From Alphaproteobacteria bacterium (lineage in GTDB: Bacteria > Pseudomonadota > Alphaproteobacteria > MPNO01 > UBA830): a stretch of 64,000 nucleotides of DNA. This document shows, in pieces, positions 20,485 through 29,538 of the stretch. The notes beneath the pieces are model-generated. The model did not search any database, was not told where the DNA came from, and saw nothing but the letters and a program-made list of their open reading frames with translations. The position numbers and the translations under genes are program-made. The stretch lies in the NCBI GenBank assembly GCA_964291215.2, contig OZ219791.1, positions 960,001 through 1,024,000 on the forward strand, in the 5' to 3' direction. The stretch's first letter is position 1. Each line of letters opens with the position of its first letter.

Positions 20485-22170
20485 GTGTCGGAACCTGCTG
20501 CCGATCTGATTGTCACCAATGCCAGGGTCATCACGGTGGATGCCGCTGACCGGATCGCCGAGGCGGTCGCCTGTCGGGGCGAGCGGATCGCCGCCGTCGG
20601 TTCCGCGCGCGACATCCGCGGGCTTGTCGGCAAGCGGACGAAGATTGTCGACGCCGGCGGTGCGGCCGTCGTCCCCGGCCTCATAGACGGCCATGCCCAC
20701 ATGGACCGCGAAGGGCTGAAGAACGTCTTTCCCTCGCTGGAAGGATGCCGTTCGGTCCGGGACGTGCTGGATCGCATCGAGGCCCTGGCGAAGGACATCG
20801 CTCCCGGCGAATGGATCGTGACCATGCCGGTGGGCGATCCGCCCTATTACTGGAACGTACCTGGATGCCTGAGGGAGAACCGCTTTCCGACGCGCCGCGA
20901 GCTTGATGAAGCCGCTCCCGACAATCCGGTCTATATCCGCTCGATATGGGGATTTTGGCGCCACGAGCTGCCGCTTGAATCGGTCGCCAACAGCCACGCG
21001 TTCGAGCTTGCCGGCATCGGTCGCGACACCGACCCGGAAACCGTGACCATCGAGTTCGAACGCGACGGGGCGGGCGAGCTTACCGGGCTGATCCGCGAGA
21101 CCACTTACATGCCGGTGGCCGAACTCGGCTATTTCCATGTCGCGCCGGGTTTCACGCATGAGGATCGCGTCGGCGGCCTCACCCGGGCGATGCGGATCTA
21201 CAATTCCACGGCGACCACGAGCGTTCTTGAGGAGCACGGCGCGGCCCAGGAGCTGATCGACGCTTATCGCTCGATCCATGCCGCCGGCACTGCAACAGCG
21301 CGCGCGCGCTTGGTGTTCAGCCCGCCATGGGGCGGCGCCCCGGACATCGATTACGCGAAGGTGCTGGGCGAGTGGGCCGGCTGGCTGGGCGGCCTCGGAG
21401 AGGGTGACGACTGGCTCCGCCTTGGAGGGATGTTCACTGACACCAATCTCGACGCCGATGCGCTGTTCCGCGCCACTGCCGCGCCCTACACGGGATGGTC
21501 CGGCTTTAACTACGACACCGGCGTCCCCGAGGAACGCATGATCGAATTCATGGCCGAAGCGGCGCGCTGCGATATCCGGCTCGCGGTGATCGGCCCGCGG
21601 TTTCTCGACCTGTTCGAGGAGGTGGACAGGAAGGTTCCGATCGCCGACAAGCGGTGGATCATCGGTCATCTTGACGTCATGGACGACCGCAAGATCCAGC
21701 AGGCCGTGGACCTCGGTGTGGTCATGACCACCCACACCAACCGCTACGTTTACAAGCACGGCCACGTCTTGCGGGACGAACTCGGACCTGCGCGGGAGAA
21801 CGACATCGTTCCGCTGCGCCGGCTGCTCAATGCCGGGGTCAACATCGGACTCGCCACCGACAACGTGCCGACGACGCTTTTCTTTCCGGTATGGCACGTG
21901 GTTTCACGCTGGAACATGTTTTCCGAAGACCGCATCGCTCCCGAGCAGGCGCTGTCCCGCGAAGAAGCCCTGCGTTGCGCGACGATGGGCGGAGCGTTCC
22001 TGACCTTCGACGAAGCGAGCAAGGGGTCGATAGAGGCTGGTAAACTCGCGGACATGGCGGTGCTGTCCGACGATCCCCTGACCTGCTCCGAGGCCGCGCT
22101 GAAGGACATCGTTGCCGAGACCACCATCGTCGGCGGGAAGATCGTCTACGAAAGGGACGGAGAAAGATGA
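20485..22170 (+). CDS. amidohydrolase family 3 (YtcJ-like) metallo-hydrolase
   Basis: ADLIVTNARVIT, VVPGLIDGHAH, LSREEALRCAT, KGSIEAGKLADMAVLSDD, TIVGGKIVY. Confidence 0.85.
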   Translation: MSEPAADLIVTNARVITVDAADRIAEAVACRGERIAAVGSARDIRGLVGKRTKIVDAGGAAVVPGLIDGHAHMDREGLKNVFPSLEGCRSVRDVLDRIEALAKDIAPGEWIVTMPVGDPPYYWNVPGCLRENRFPTRRELDEAAPDNPVYIRSIWGFWRHELPLESVANSHAFELAGIGRDTDPETVTIEFERDGAGELTGLIRETTYMPVAELGYFHVAPGFTHEDRVGGLTRAMRIYNSTATTSVLEEHGAAQELIDAYRSIHAAGTATARARLVFSPPWGGAPDIDYAKVLGEWAGWLGGLGEGDDWLRLGGMFTDTNLDADALFRATAAPYTGWSGFNYDTGVPEERMIEFMAEAARCDIRLAVIGPRFLDLFEEVDRKVPIADKRWIIGHLDVMDDRKIQQAVDLGVVMTTHTNRYVYKHGHVLRDELGPARENDIVPLRRLLNAGVNIGLATDNVPTTLFFPVWHVVSRWNMFSEDRIAPEQALSREEALRCATMGGAFLTFDEASKGSIEAGKLADMAVLSDDPLTCSEAALKDIVAETTIVGGKIVYERDGER

Positions 22171-23261
22171 AGGTTGCCGAACTCGACACTCCCGTCCTCC
22201 TGCTCGATGCCGATGTCCTGGTGGGCAACATCGCGTGCATGAAGAAGATGACGGAAGCTGCCGGGATCCGGTACCGTCCGCATTCGAAGACTCACAAGTC
22301 GCCGGTCATCGCGCGCATGCAGGCCGAGGCCGGCGCGGTGGGAGTCTGCTGCGCGAAACTCGGCGAAGCCGAAGTGATGATTGCGGCAGGCGTCGACAAC
22401 ATCCTGATCACGACGCCGGTAGTCGGGGAGAGCAAGATCGGACGCCTGCTTCATGCCCGGAACATGGCCAGGATCGCCGTGGTTGCCGATAATGCGGACA
22501 ACGTCGCCATGTTGGGTGACTGCGCCCGGATGTCGGGAACCCGGCTCGATGTCCTCGTCGAGGTCGATGTGGGCCAGGGGCGTTGCGGCGTGAGGCCGGG
22601 AGCCGAAGCGGTGGAGCTTGCCCGTGCGATTCGACACCATCCGTGGCTCGAGTTCGCCGGATTGCAGGGCTACCAGGGCCGCATACAGATGGTGGAGGAT
22701 GCGGCCGAACGCAGGGCGGCAACCGAGTTCGGACTTGATCTTCTTCAAATGACGGTCAAGGCCGTCGAGGACGACGGCATGCCCGTCCCGGTCAGGACCG
22801 GCGGCGGTACCGGCACCTCGCCGTTCGATCTCGGACGGGACACCCTCACGGAAATCCAGCCCGGAAGCTATGTCTTCATGGATTCCCGCTATGGCGGCAT
22901 CGGCTGGCCCGACCGCAACGCGCCACCCTTCGCGCAGGCGCTCCATATCCTCACGAGTGTGGTCAGCAGGCCTGCGGCCGACCGCGCGATCCTTGATGCC
23001 GGGCTGAAGGCGGCGAGCTGCGACCACGGACCGCCCTGGATTGCCGATCTGGAAAATGCCCTGTTCGAGTTCGGCGGCGACGAACATGGCATCGCGCGAA
23101 TGGACGGGGGCGGCGAGGTACCGCTCGCGCTTGGAGAAAAGGTTCGCCTTGTGCCGAGCCATTGCGACACGACAGTCAATCTCTACGAGCAGTTCATGAT
23201 CGTGCAAGGCGGCAATGTAGTGGACGTCTGGCCGATTGAAGCGCGGGGACGCGTTCAGTAG
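22167..23261 (+). CDS. DSD1-family PLP-dependent enzyme (D-threonine aldolase / 3-hydroxy-D-aspartate aldolase-like)
   Basis: LDTPVLLLD, RPHSKTHKS (PLP lysine), CAKLGEAEV, GLQGYQG, GGGTGT, EIQPGSYVFMD, DEHG, PSHCDTTVN. Confidence 0.88.
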   Translation: MKVAELDTPVLLLDADVLVGNIACMKKMTEAAGIRYRPHSKTHKSPVIARMQAEAGAVGVCCAKLGEAEVMIAAGVDNILITTPVVGESKIGRLLHARNMARIAVVADNADNVAMLGDCARMSGTRLDVLVEVDVGQGRCGVRPGAEAVELARAIRHHPWLEFAGLQGYQGRIQMVEDAAERRAATEFGLDLLQMTVKAVEDDGMPVPVRTGGGTGTSPFDLGRDTLTEIQPGSYVFMDSRYGGIGWPDRNAPPFAQALHILTSVVSRPAADRAILDAGLKAASCDHGPPWIADLENALFEFGGDEHGIARMDGGGEVPLALGEKVRLVPSHCDTTVNLYEQFMIVQGGNVVDVWPIEARGRVQ

Positions 23262-23336
23262 ACCGGATTCCCGATTGATCTGAACGGTGCAGCGTCGATG
23301 TCCTCGTGCATTTCGGCGTTGATTGCAGTCGGGCTG

Positions 23337-23422
23337 TCAACCGGCGGCGGCCACATCGACAACGGCTGCCGTATAGTGTGGTTCCGGAACCGGCTCTCCG
23401 TGCTCACGCAAGCTCTCGACAT
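23337..23422 (-). pseudogene. HicB-like antitoxin C-terminal fragment
   Basis: Minus strand HVESLREHGEPVPEPHYTAAVVDVAAAG*, resembling the HicB H.E.LRE.GEP.PEP motif. Short, so tentative. Confidence 0.5.
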
Positions 23423-23899
23423 GGGTGAGAGTTTCGTATGGCACGGTTGCAGGCTCAGTACCATTTGTTCATCTCATGCGGCCAGTGCGGGGGTGTGATT
23501 TGGGCTGATGTTGTTGTTGGCTGGTGCGTCGTCTGCACCGATCATGGCCGTCCACACGCTCTCGAAGCGGCCGGCTTCGAGCAGGGCGCGGAAGGTGATT
23601 GTCCGCCGACGATGCGCCGGCGCATGCCGGGGTGTTTCATGCGCTGTGTGACGAGGGTCTTGTTTGCCGCCTCGACAATTCCCGAGCCGGTTGCTTCAGC
23701 GCGTGGTAGCGCATGCGGTGGCGATGGTTGTCGCGAAGGTGGTGCAGCGCCCGGGTCACCCTGTCGATGCCGTGGGGGTCGTGACAAAATCCTGTCTCTA
23801 AACGGGCGATTGTCACGAAAACCCGTTTTCGCCGCTGCCTCACGACCGCACAACCGTGTTAAATCAATGACTTGGATGCGCTATACGAGAACTGCACCC
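23423..23899 (-). mobile_element. 477-bp non-autonomous ISKra4/ISLre2-like element, MITE family B copy 1
   Basis: TIRs GGGTGAGAGTTTCGTATGG / GGGTGCAGTTCTCGTATAG. Perfect 8-bp TSD CTCGACAT. Retains GSGIVEAANKTLVTQRMK.PGMR...GGQ from the transposase C-terminus. Confidence 0.85.
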
Positions 23900-23907
23900 C
23901 TCGACAT

Positions 23908-24060
23908 GATGGCGTTGGCTTGACTGAGGGTGATCATGGCTGGCCTCTGTCTCCCCGCTCCGTGAACTGGCAGCGTTCCCGGGCAGGCCTACGCCGCACG
24001 AAAGAGGCTGGTTTCGGTGGAGCGGGCGTGGCTCAGCTACCCAGCAGCATTGGAACTTCT
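23908..24060 (-). pseudogene. relic of a paralogous tctA 3' end - glcG 5' end junction
   Basis: ...PMLLGS* then GGAGACAG RBS then MITLSQANAI. This parallels ...PSLLFS* / GGAGACAG / MITLSQANAV at 29950-30110. Confidence 0.6.
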
Positions 24061-24470
24061 CCCCACTTCCAGTCTGAAGTGCAACATCCGGCCCTCATCG
24101 CAGTGAGGGCGTAGCCCGAACGGAGATGAGGGCCGGGTGTTGCGCAAATTTTCCCCCTCTGTCCCTCTCGATTCCGCCTGGGAACAGCTTCAGTTCCTTC
24201 AACATCGAGCTTATGCAACGCCTTTGTCGGCTTCAAGCCACCATTTCGCCGTCGCGCGGCATGGACCCTGCTGCACGTTGCGGCTTCGGAACGCAGATGG
24301 TCAGGGCGGTTTCACTTCAAGATTACCTCCGTCGGCGATCCCAGGACTTTCCGAGTGTTGAGCCGATCCTGTACCTTCTGAACATCTTCGTTGCATATCG
24401 TGCGGAAGTCCGTGCCCTTCGGGAAGTACTCCTGCACCAGGCCGTTGGTGTGCTCATTCAAGCCGCGCTC
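24061..24470 (-). pseudogene. IS30-family transposase C-terminal relic with right end and internal hairpin
   Basis: ERGLNEHTNGLVQEYFPKGTDF...VQDRLNTRKVLG. End TTCCAGTCTGAAGTGCAACA. Inverted repeat with 19-bp arms at 24081-24143. Confidence 0.75.
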
Positions 24471-24504
24471 CCCACCCCCAAGAAGGCCCCCACCCCCACA
24501 AGAA

Positions 24505-25964
24505 GGTACTGTAACTTGATGTCTGGAAATTTGTCTGAGGTTTGCGCTTTGAGGCGTTTCACTGGGGGGGGGGGGGTAGTAATTTGACATTATTGTATTG
24601 ATTGATATAGAAACTTCAGTTTCGTCCGGGCATCCTTCGTCGTGAAACGCCAGTCGACAGTGACATCGGCCGCATTGCGGCGCTCGACCCACGCCATGGT
24701 CTCCCGCAGCATGGTGTCGCGGTCGGGAATGCGTCGCCGAAGGCACTGCCGCGACAGCGCACCGATCTCGGCCATGTTGAGCCAGCTTCCATGCTTCGGC
24801 GTATAGCGAAACTCGAACCGCTTTCGTACCCGCCTCCTCGGGCTCGAAGGCTTCATACAGTGACTGTGCGTGTTCAGATTGTCCAGCACGATCTTCCTGT
24901 CGGGGAAATGGTCGTCGGCAAGCTCCCGGATGAAGTGCGTCCAGTCCCGCGGCGGTCGGTGACTTTCACCGTGCGCCAGTTCTCGTTGGGCGCAAAGGCC
25001 ATGAAGAGGTTGGCCTTACCGTTGCGCTCATATTCATAGTCGACCACCTCCGGCTGACCGGGGGATGCGGGTTTCCTGCTGCCGGCTGGTCTCAGCACCT
25101 CGTCCCTGGCAAAGTCCCGCTGATAAATGTCAAGCACATCCTCCATCGCCGCTACGAACTGTGCGCTCCGGTGCGGTGGAATGCACCAGTACTGCTTCAG
25201 CCACGGCTTGATCTCTTTTTTTAGCGTCTTCCTGACCGTTTCTTCCGAAATGCGCTCGACGATCTCCATCTCCACCAGACGGCCGGCAAGCAACTTCAGC
25301 GTCCAGTGTCCACAGCCCTCGGGCGGGGACGAACAGGGCGACCAGCTTCGCCTCCATCGCCCCCGTTTTGGCCGGCGGTTCACCTGCTCCTTGCGGCTGA
25401 GGGCGGCGTCCAGCCCCTCCAAGACGCAGCGCTTGCGCAAGCGCTCGACCGTCGCCGTGCCGATGCCCAGCCCTTGCGCAATGTCGGCATCGACAAGCCG
25501 AGCGCCGTCGCGCCCCTCAGCATCAGGACCTGTGCCCGGCGCCGTGGCAGCGCTGCCAGTTCCACCTGGCGCAAAACGCCGTGCACCGAACAACGACATC
25601 AGGAAACGTATTGGAAAACAGCTCGGAGCCATGCGTCCTCACTCCAAACCGCCGAGGCTGAACTGGGCGCCCTCGTGGCCAGCTATCGCGACAAGCATCA
25701 AAGAATGCGCCCGAGGGGCTCGCTGTCTTCACCTTGCCCGATGCTCACCGCAAGCGCATGCGAACCTCGAATGGTATCGAGCGGCCGATCCAGCAAGAGC
25801 TCAAGCGGCGCACCTCCAAAGTCAGGGTCTTTCCGAACCTCGCCTCGTTGGAGCGCCTCTCAACCGCGGTCCTCATCGACGAAAAATGGGAAACCGAAAC
25901 CAAGATCAAATGGGAACAGCTCGATCAGCTTCACGACAATTTCCAGACATCAGGTTGCGTAATC
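24505..25964 (+). mobile_element. IS256-family element copy 2 (5' part replaced by an IS630 relic)
   Basis: Same TIRs as copy 1. WQRCQFHLAQNA...RMRTSNGIERPIQQELKRRTSKVRVFPN at ~25540-25930. Confidence 0.85.
24577..25530 (-). mobile_element. IS630-family transposase relic
   Basis: WTLKLLAGRLVE, ISEETVRKTLKK, WCIPP, DYEYERNG, LDNLNTH, YTPKHGSWLNMAEI, WRFTTKDARTKLK. The end begins TAG at the IS256 palindrome centre. Confidence 0.85.
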
Positions 25965-26774
25965 AGCGACGCTGCGTTGACCATCACCATCACTCGGCCT
26001 CGACGGTCATGATCGCCGCGAGCATCGCCTGGCGCTCGCCCGGCGGCATCTTCCGGTACCCCGCCGCCCAGCGGGCGGCCTTGCGCTTGATGCGCTGACG
26101 GTCCGTGCGGTTCCGTCCGGCATGGCTGGCCGAGTGCATCCGCCCGGGCTCGAAGTTGAGCCACACCACCTCGGTGCGGACCTGGGCCTGGGTCGTCACC
26201 TGCACGGCAATGCGGCGCCAGTCCCGCAGCAGGTCGTCGTACAACGCCGAGGGATGGCCCGAGACCATTACCTGACACGACAGACCCTTGAGCAGTTCAA
26301 GGAGTTCGACATGGTCGGCTTCGGTGTAGTCGTGGCGGTACCGCCGCTTCGACCGGCGGGTCGCCTGCAGGTACGGCGGGTCGCTGTAGACCAGTTCCGT
26401 GCCCCGGAACGCAAAGCTGGCCAGGAACGCGTGGGCGCAGCCGTGGATCAGTTTCACCGGATAGTCGCACCCGAACCCGTCCAGCGCTCGCTGGTCCCGG
26501 TCGATCCCGATCGAGCACAGCGCCGGCGCCTTGCGCTTCATCAGCGCGCCGCCTCCGAGATGCGTTTCCACATACAGATCATGCGGGGGCTGGAGCCCCA
26601 GAAGCAGTTGGCATAGCCCGCTCGTCGCCTTCGATCCAAAGTAGCCCACTGGCGATCCTCGTCGTTCTTGATGACCGTCACTAAACGAATCGGTCTGCAA
26701 TGTCAAATCTCCGCGAAAACCCGTTCGTTGCTCTACCCCGACATCAAGCCGGAACCGGGGGGGTGAGCAGTTAC
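25965..26774 (-). mobile_element. MTase-carrying IS66 element copy B (left TIR plus intact MTase; tnpC cut after about 9 codons by IS256)
   Basis: Left TIR GTAACTGCTCACCCC ends at 26774, with the same ~110-bp end as 62043. Confidence 0.85.
25990..26649 (-). CDS. D12/Dam-class N6-adenine DNA methyltransferase, intact, cargo of an IS66 element
   Basis: GYFGSK (motif X-like), YVETHLGGGA (motif I-like), IGIDRD, LVYSDPPY (motif IV), VMVSG, RTEVVWLNF. 219 aa from the GTG start, no frameshift. Stop TGA overlaps the next ATG. Confidence 0.88.
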   Translation of the reverse strand: MGYFGSKATSGLCQLLLGLQPPHDLYVETHLGGGALMKRKAPALCSIGIDRDQRALDGFGCDYPVKLIHGCAHAFLASFAFRGTELVYSDPPYLQATRRSKRRYRHDYTEADHVELLELLKGLSCQVMVSGHPSALYDDLLRDWRRIAVQVTTQAQVRTEVVWLNFEPGRMHSASHAGRNRTDRQRIKRKAARWAAGYRKMPPGERQAMLAAIMTVEAE

Positions 26775-26801
26775 TATTTGGATATAATATAGGAGACGCA
26801 T

Positions 26802-26868
26802 ATGCATACCACGAATCTGCGCAAAGTTGGCGGCTCCGTGATGCTTGCCGTGTCTCCAGCGCTTCCAG
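26802..26868 (+). pseudogene. PemI/MazE (AbrB-fold) antitoxin N-terminal fragment
   Basis: AGGAG RBS followed by MHTTNLRKVGGSVMLAVSPAL, then the frame is lost. Confidence 0.7.
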
Positions 26869-26869
26869 G

Positions 26870-28788
26870 AGCGGCCCGTCCCGCTATCCGAGCAGGCGCC
26901 CGGAACGCGCACGCGATAATCCGGATCGATGCCGACCAAGTGCGAGCCGAAGGCGGCATGGTGAAGCTTCGACAGCGGTAGGCTGTTCTCCACGACGGGC
27001 TGGCCCATCGCCTCGTCCGCGTCGGAAACGATGTGCACCGCATCGAGAAGACGGGGTTCGCGCAGTCTCGACAGGGCGCAGCGTCCCCTGTACGCCGTGA
27101 TCACCGCTCCCGGAACGAAGCTTGGTGCAGGCACCGCTTCACGGTGGTCAGGACATGGCGGCGCTCGGACGCATTCTGCGCCGCCGCCAGGCTATCTTGG
27201 TCGAGCATGCCGAAGGTGAACCTTCTCCTTGAGTAGGCGGGATCCGATCCGGAAATGAAGCTCGGGACTATCGCCTGGTACCGGCTAGTGTTATGTCAGC
27301 AATGATATGTCGTACATTTGGTGCTAGACTGTCCGTCCATTCGGGATGGAGGTCGGAGTATGAAACGCTACGTGGTGACCCTGGACGAACGGGCAGAACT
27401 TTCGGAGATCAAGGGCTCGCACCTGTCGCAAAAGGTAATCAACGCCCTGCTTAACTGCGACGAGGGCGCGTTCAATGAATGCCAGATGACCGGGAAGGTC
27501 ATTGCCGAGATTCTGCGCATCAGCATGCGCAAAGTAGACCGGGTGAAAAAGCGTTTCGAGGGGCTGGAGGCGGCATTGGGTGGCCGGCGCCGTCCTACCT
27601 ACATGCGAAAAGCCGACGGCGTCTTCGAGGCGCGTGGCCCTGAGTTGTGGTGAACCGCCTGAGGGTTACGCGCAATGGTCGTTGCGGCTGCTGGCCGACC
27701 GCGTTGTCGAGCTTGGTTACACCGTGTCACACGAGACGGTGCGGCGTGTTCTAAAAAAAACTGCCTCAAGCCATGGCAGCGGGTGGGTGATTCCTCCTCA
27801 AGGGAACGCCGACTTCGCCACAGCGAAGGTACTCAATGTCTATCGCCGTCCCGCCGCTTTCCCCGTGGTCTGCATGGACGAAACGCCCCGACCGGCGAGA
27901 CACGGCAACCGATCGCCATGGCGCCGGGACGGGCATAACGACTACGAGTATCGACGTTGCGGTACCTGCAACGTCTTCATGGAACCCCTGGCCGGCAAGC
28001 GCATGACCAAGGCAACCGAGCGCAAGATCGACTGGGCGCAGTTCCTGGCCGACATCGCCGAGCGCTACCAGGATGCTACCACCATCACCCTGGTGATGGA
28101 CAATCTCAACACTCCCCGGCGCCTTCTATGAGGCCTACCCGCCGGACGAGGCCTTGTGGGACCGCTTCGAGTTCGTCTACACCCCCAAGCATGGCAGTTG
28201 GCTGAACGTGGTCGAACTCAACGTCATGATCCGCCTGAACCGCCGCATCGAGGTGCTACGCCGGGAAGTCGCCGCCTGGCAGGCGACCGCATTCAGGCCA
28301 AGGTGGATTGGCAGTTCACCACCGACGATGCCCGCGTGAAACTCAAACGTCTTTATTCGACATTTGACGAATGACAAGACACTAGGCGCGATCCCGGGAA
28401 AGTAGATGACCGGGACCCTGTTCTCGTACGCCGCGCGCAGCCACCGGTTGTCGGCCGCGTCCGGATTGGTGCCCATGATGGCATAGTCGACAGCCTCGCT
28501 GCCTTCGAAGATCTGCTGGTGCACATGGCGCTGGTCGTGGTACCAGACCCGACCGCCGGGTTTCGGGAAGATGGTCCTGATCGATAGCAGGAAGCGCATC
28601 TCCTTCGGCTTGAAAATGTCCCGCTGCCGATTGACGATGGGGATGCATCTGTCCTCGAAGGTGAGGCCCTGTTCGAACTCGGTCGCCCCTGTCAGGTGGC
28701 CGTGGACCTCGGATATCCTTCGAACCTGTTCGAAGGCGGCGAGGCGCATCGAAGTGTCTGCTCCGGGAAAATCGGCAAAATTCTCCAT
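26870..28788 (-). pseudogene. HNH endonuclease (predicted restriction endonuclease, COG3440-like), split by IS630 and frameshifted
   Basis: N-terminal part MRLAAFEQVR...IFKPKEMRFLLSIRT...NRWLRAAYENRVPVIYFPGIAP rejoins SRYQAIVPSFISG across the CTAG site. C-terminal part AYRGRCALSRLREPRLLDAVHI...LSKLHHAAF..HLVGIDPDY. Confidence 0.8.
27286..28384 (+). mobile_element. IS630-family element, eroded
   Basis: TIRs TAGTGTTATGTCA / TAGTGTCTTGTCA with CTAG at both junctions. A8 slippery tract near 27753. VVCMDE, MDNLNT, YTPKHGSWLN, WQFTTDDARVKLKRLY. Confidence 0.88.
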
Positions 28789-28999
28789 GGTGCGTCAAGA
28801 CGTGTCAGCCTTCCGATCAGCGCATGGTCCCCGTTTGTCGGCCCCGGAACAGGTCCGGCATGGCGAACGCAAGAGGTCGTGCTCCCGGGCCGCCGGAACG
28901 CCGTGGAGCCAACCGATCACAGGAAAGCCCGGCTTGTCCGGACGGTATTGCGGATACAGCGCCGCCGGGCGTTGCTTCGGACGTGCCGGGTGCTGTGGA

Positions 29000-29511
29000 G
29001 GGTGCAGTTCTCGTATGGCGAATCCAAGTCATTGATTTAACAAGGTTGTGCGGTCGCGGGGCAGCGGCGAAAACGGGTTTTCGTGACAATCGCCCGTTTC
29101 GGGACAGGATTTTGTCACGACCCCCGCGGCATCGACAGGGTGATCCGGGCGCTGCGCCACCTTCGCGACACCGCGGCGCCAACATCGACAGGGAACCGAC
29201 CTTCTTCCGCAAGCATCGCCACCGCATGCGCTACCACGCGCTGAAGCAACCGGCTCGGGAATTGTCGAGGCGGCGACCCTCGTCACACAGCGCATGAAAC
29301 GCTCCGGCATGCGCTGGCGCATCGTCGGCGGACAATCACCTTCCGCGCCCTGCTCGAAACCGGCCGCTTCGAGAGCGCGTGGACGGCCATGATCGGTGCA
29401 GACGACGCACCAGCCAACGACAACATCAGCCCAAATCACACCCCGGCACTGGCCGCATGAGATGAACGAATGGTACTGAGCCTGCAACCGTGCCATACGA
29501 AACTCTCACCC
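29000..29511 (+). mobile_element. 512-bp non-autonomous ISKra4/ISLre2-like element, MITE family B copy 2
   Basis: Inverted homolog of 23423-23899 with its own perfect 8-bp TSD GCTGTGGA (28992-28999 and 29512-29519). Confidence 0.85.
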
Positions 29512-29538
29512 GCTGTGGACGACCCCCGTTGCTGGCAA

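Noticed and set aside
24081-24143. 19-bp-arm hairpin as a REP element or independent ncRNA
   Set aside because: Single copy in the window and it overlaps the IS30 terminal repeat, so it is treated as part of that IS end.
25990-28788. MTase plus HNH as a cognate type II restriction-modification pair
   Set aside because: An IS66 TIR and a pemI stub separate them. The MTase is inside the IS and recurs elsewhere without the HNH.
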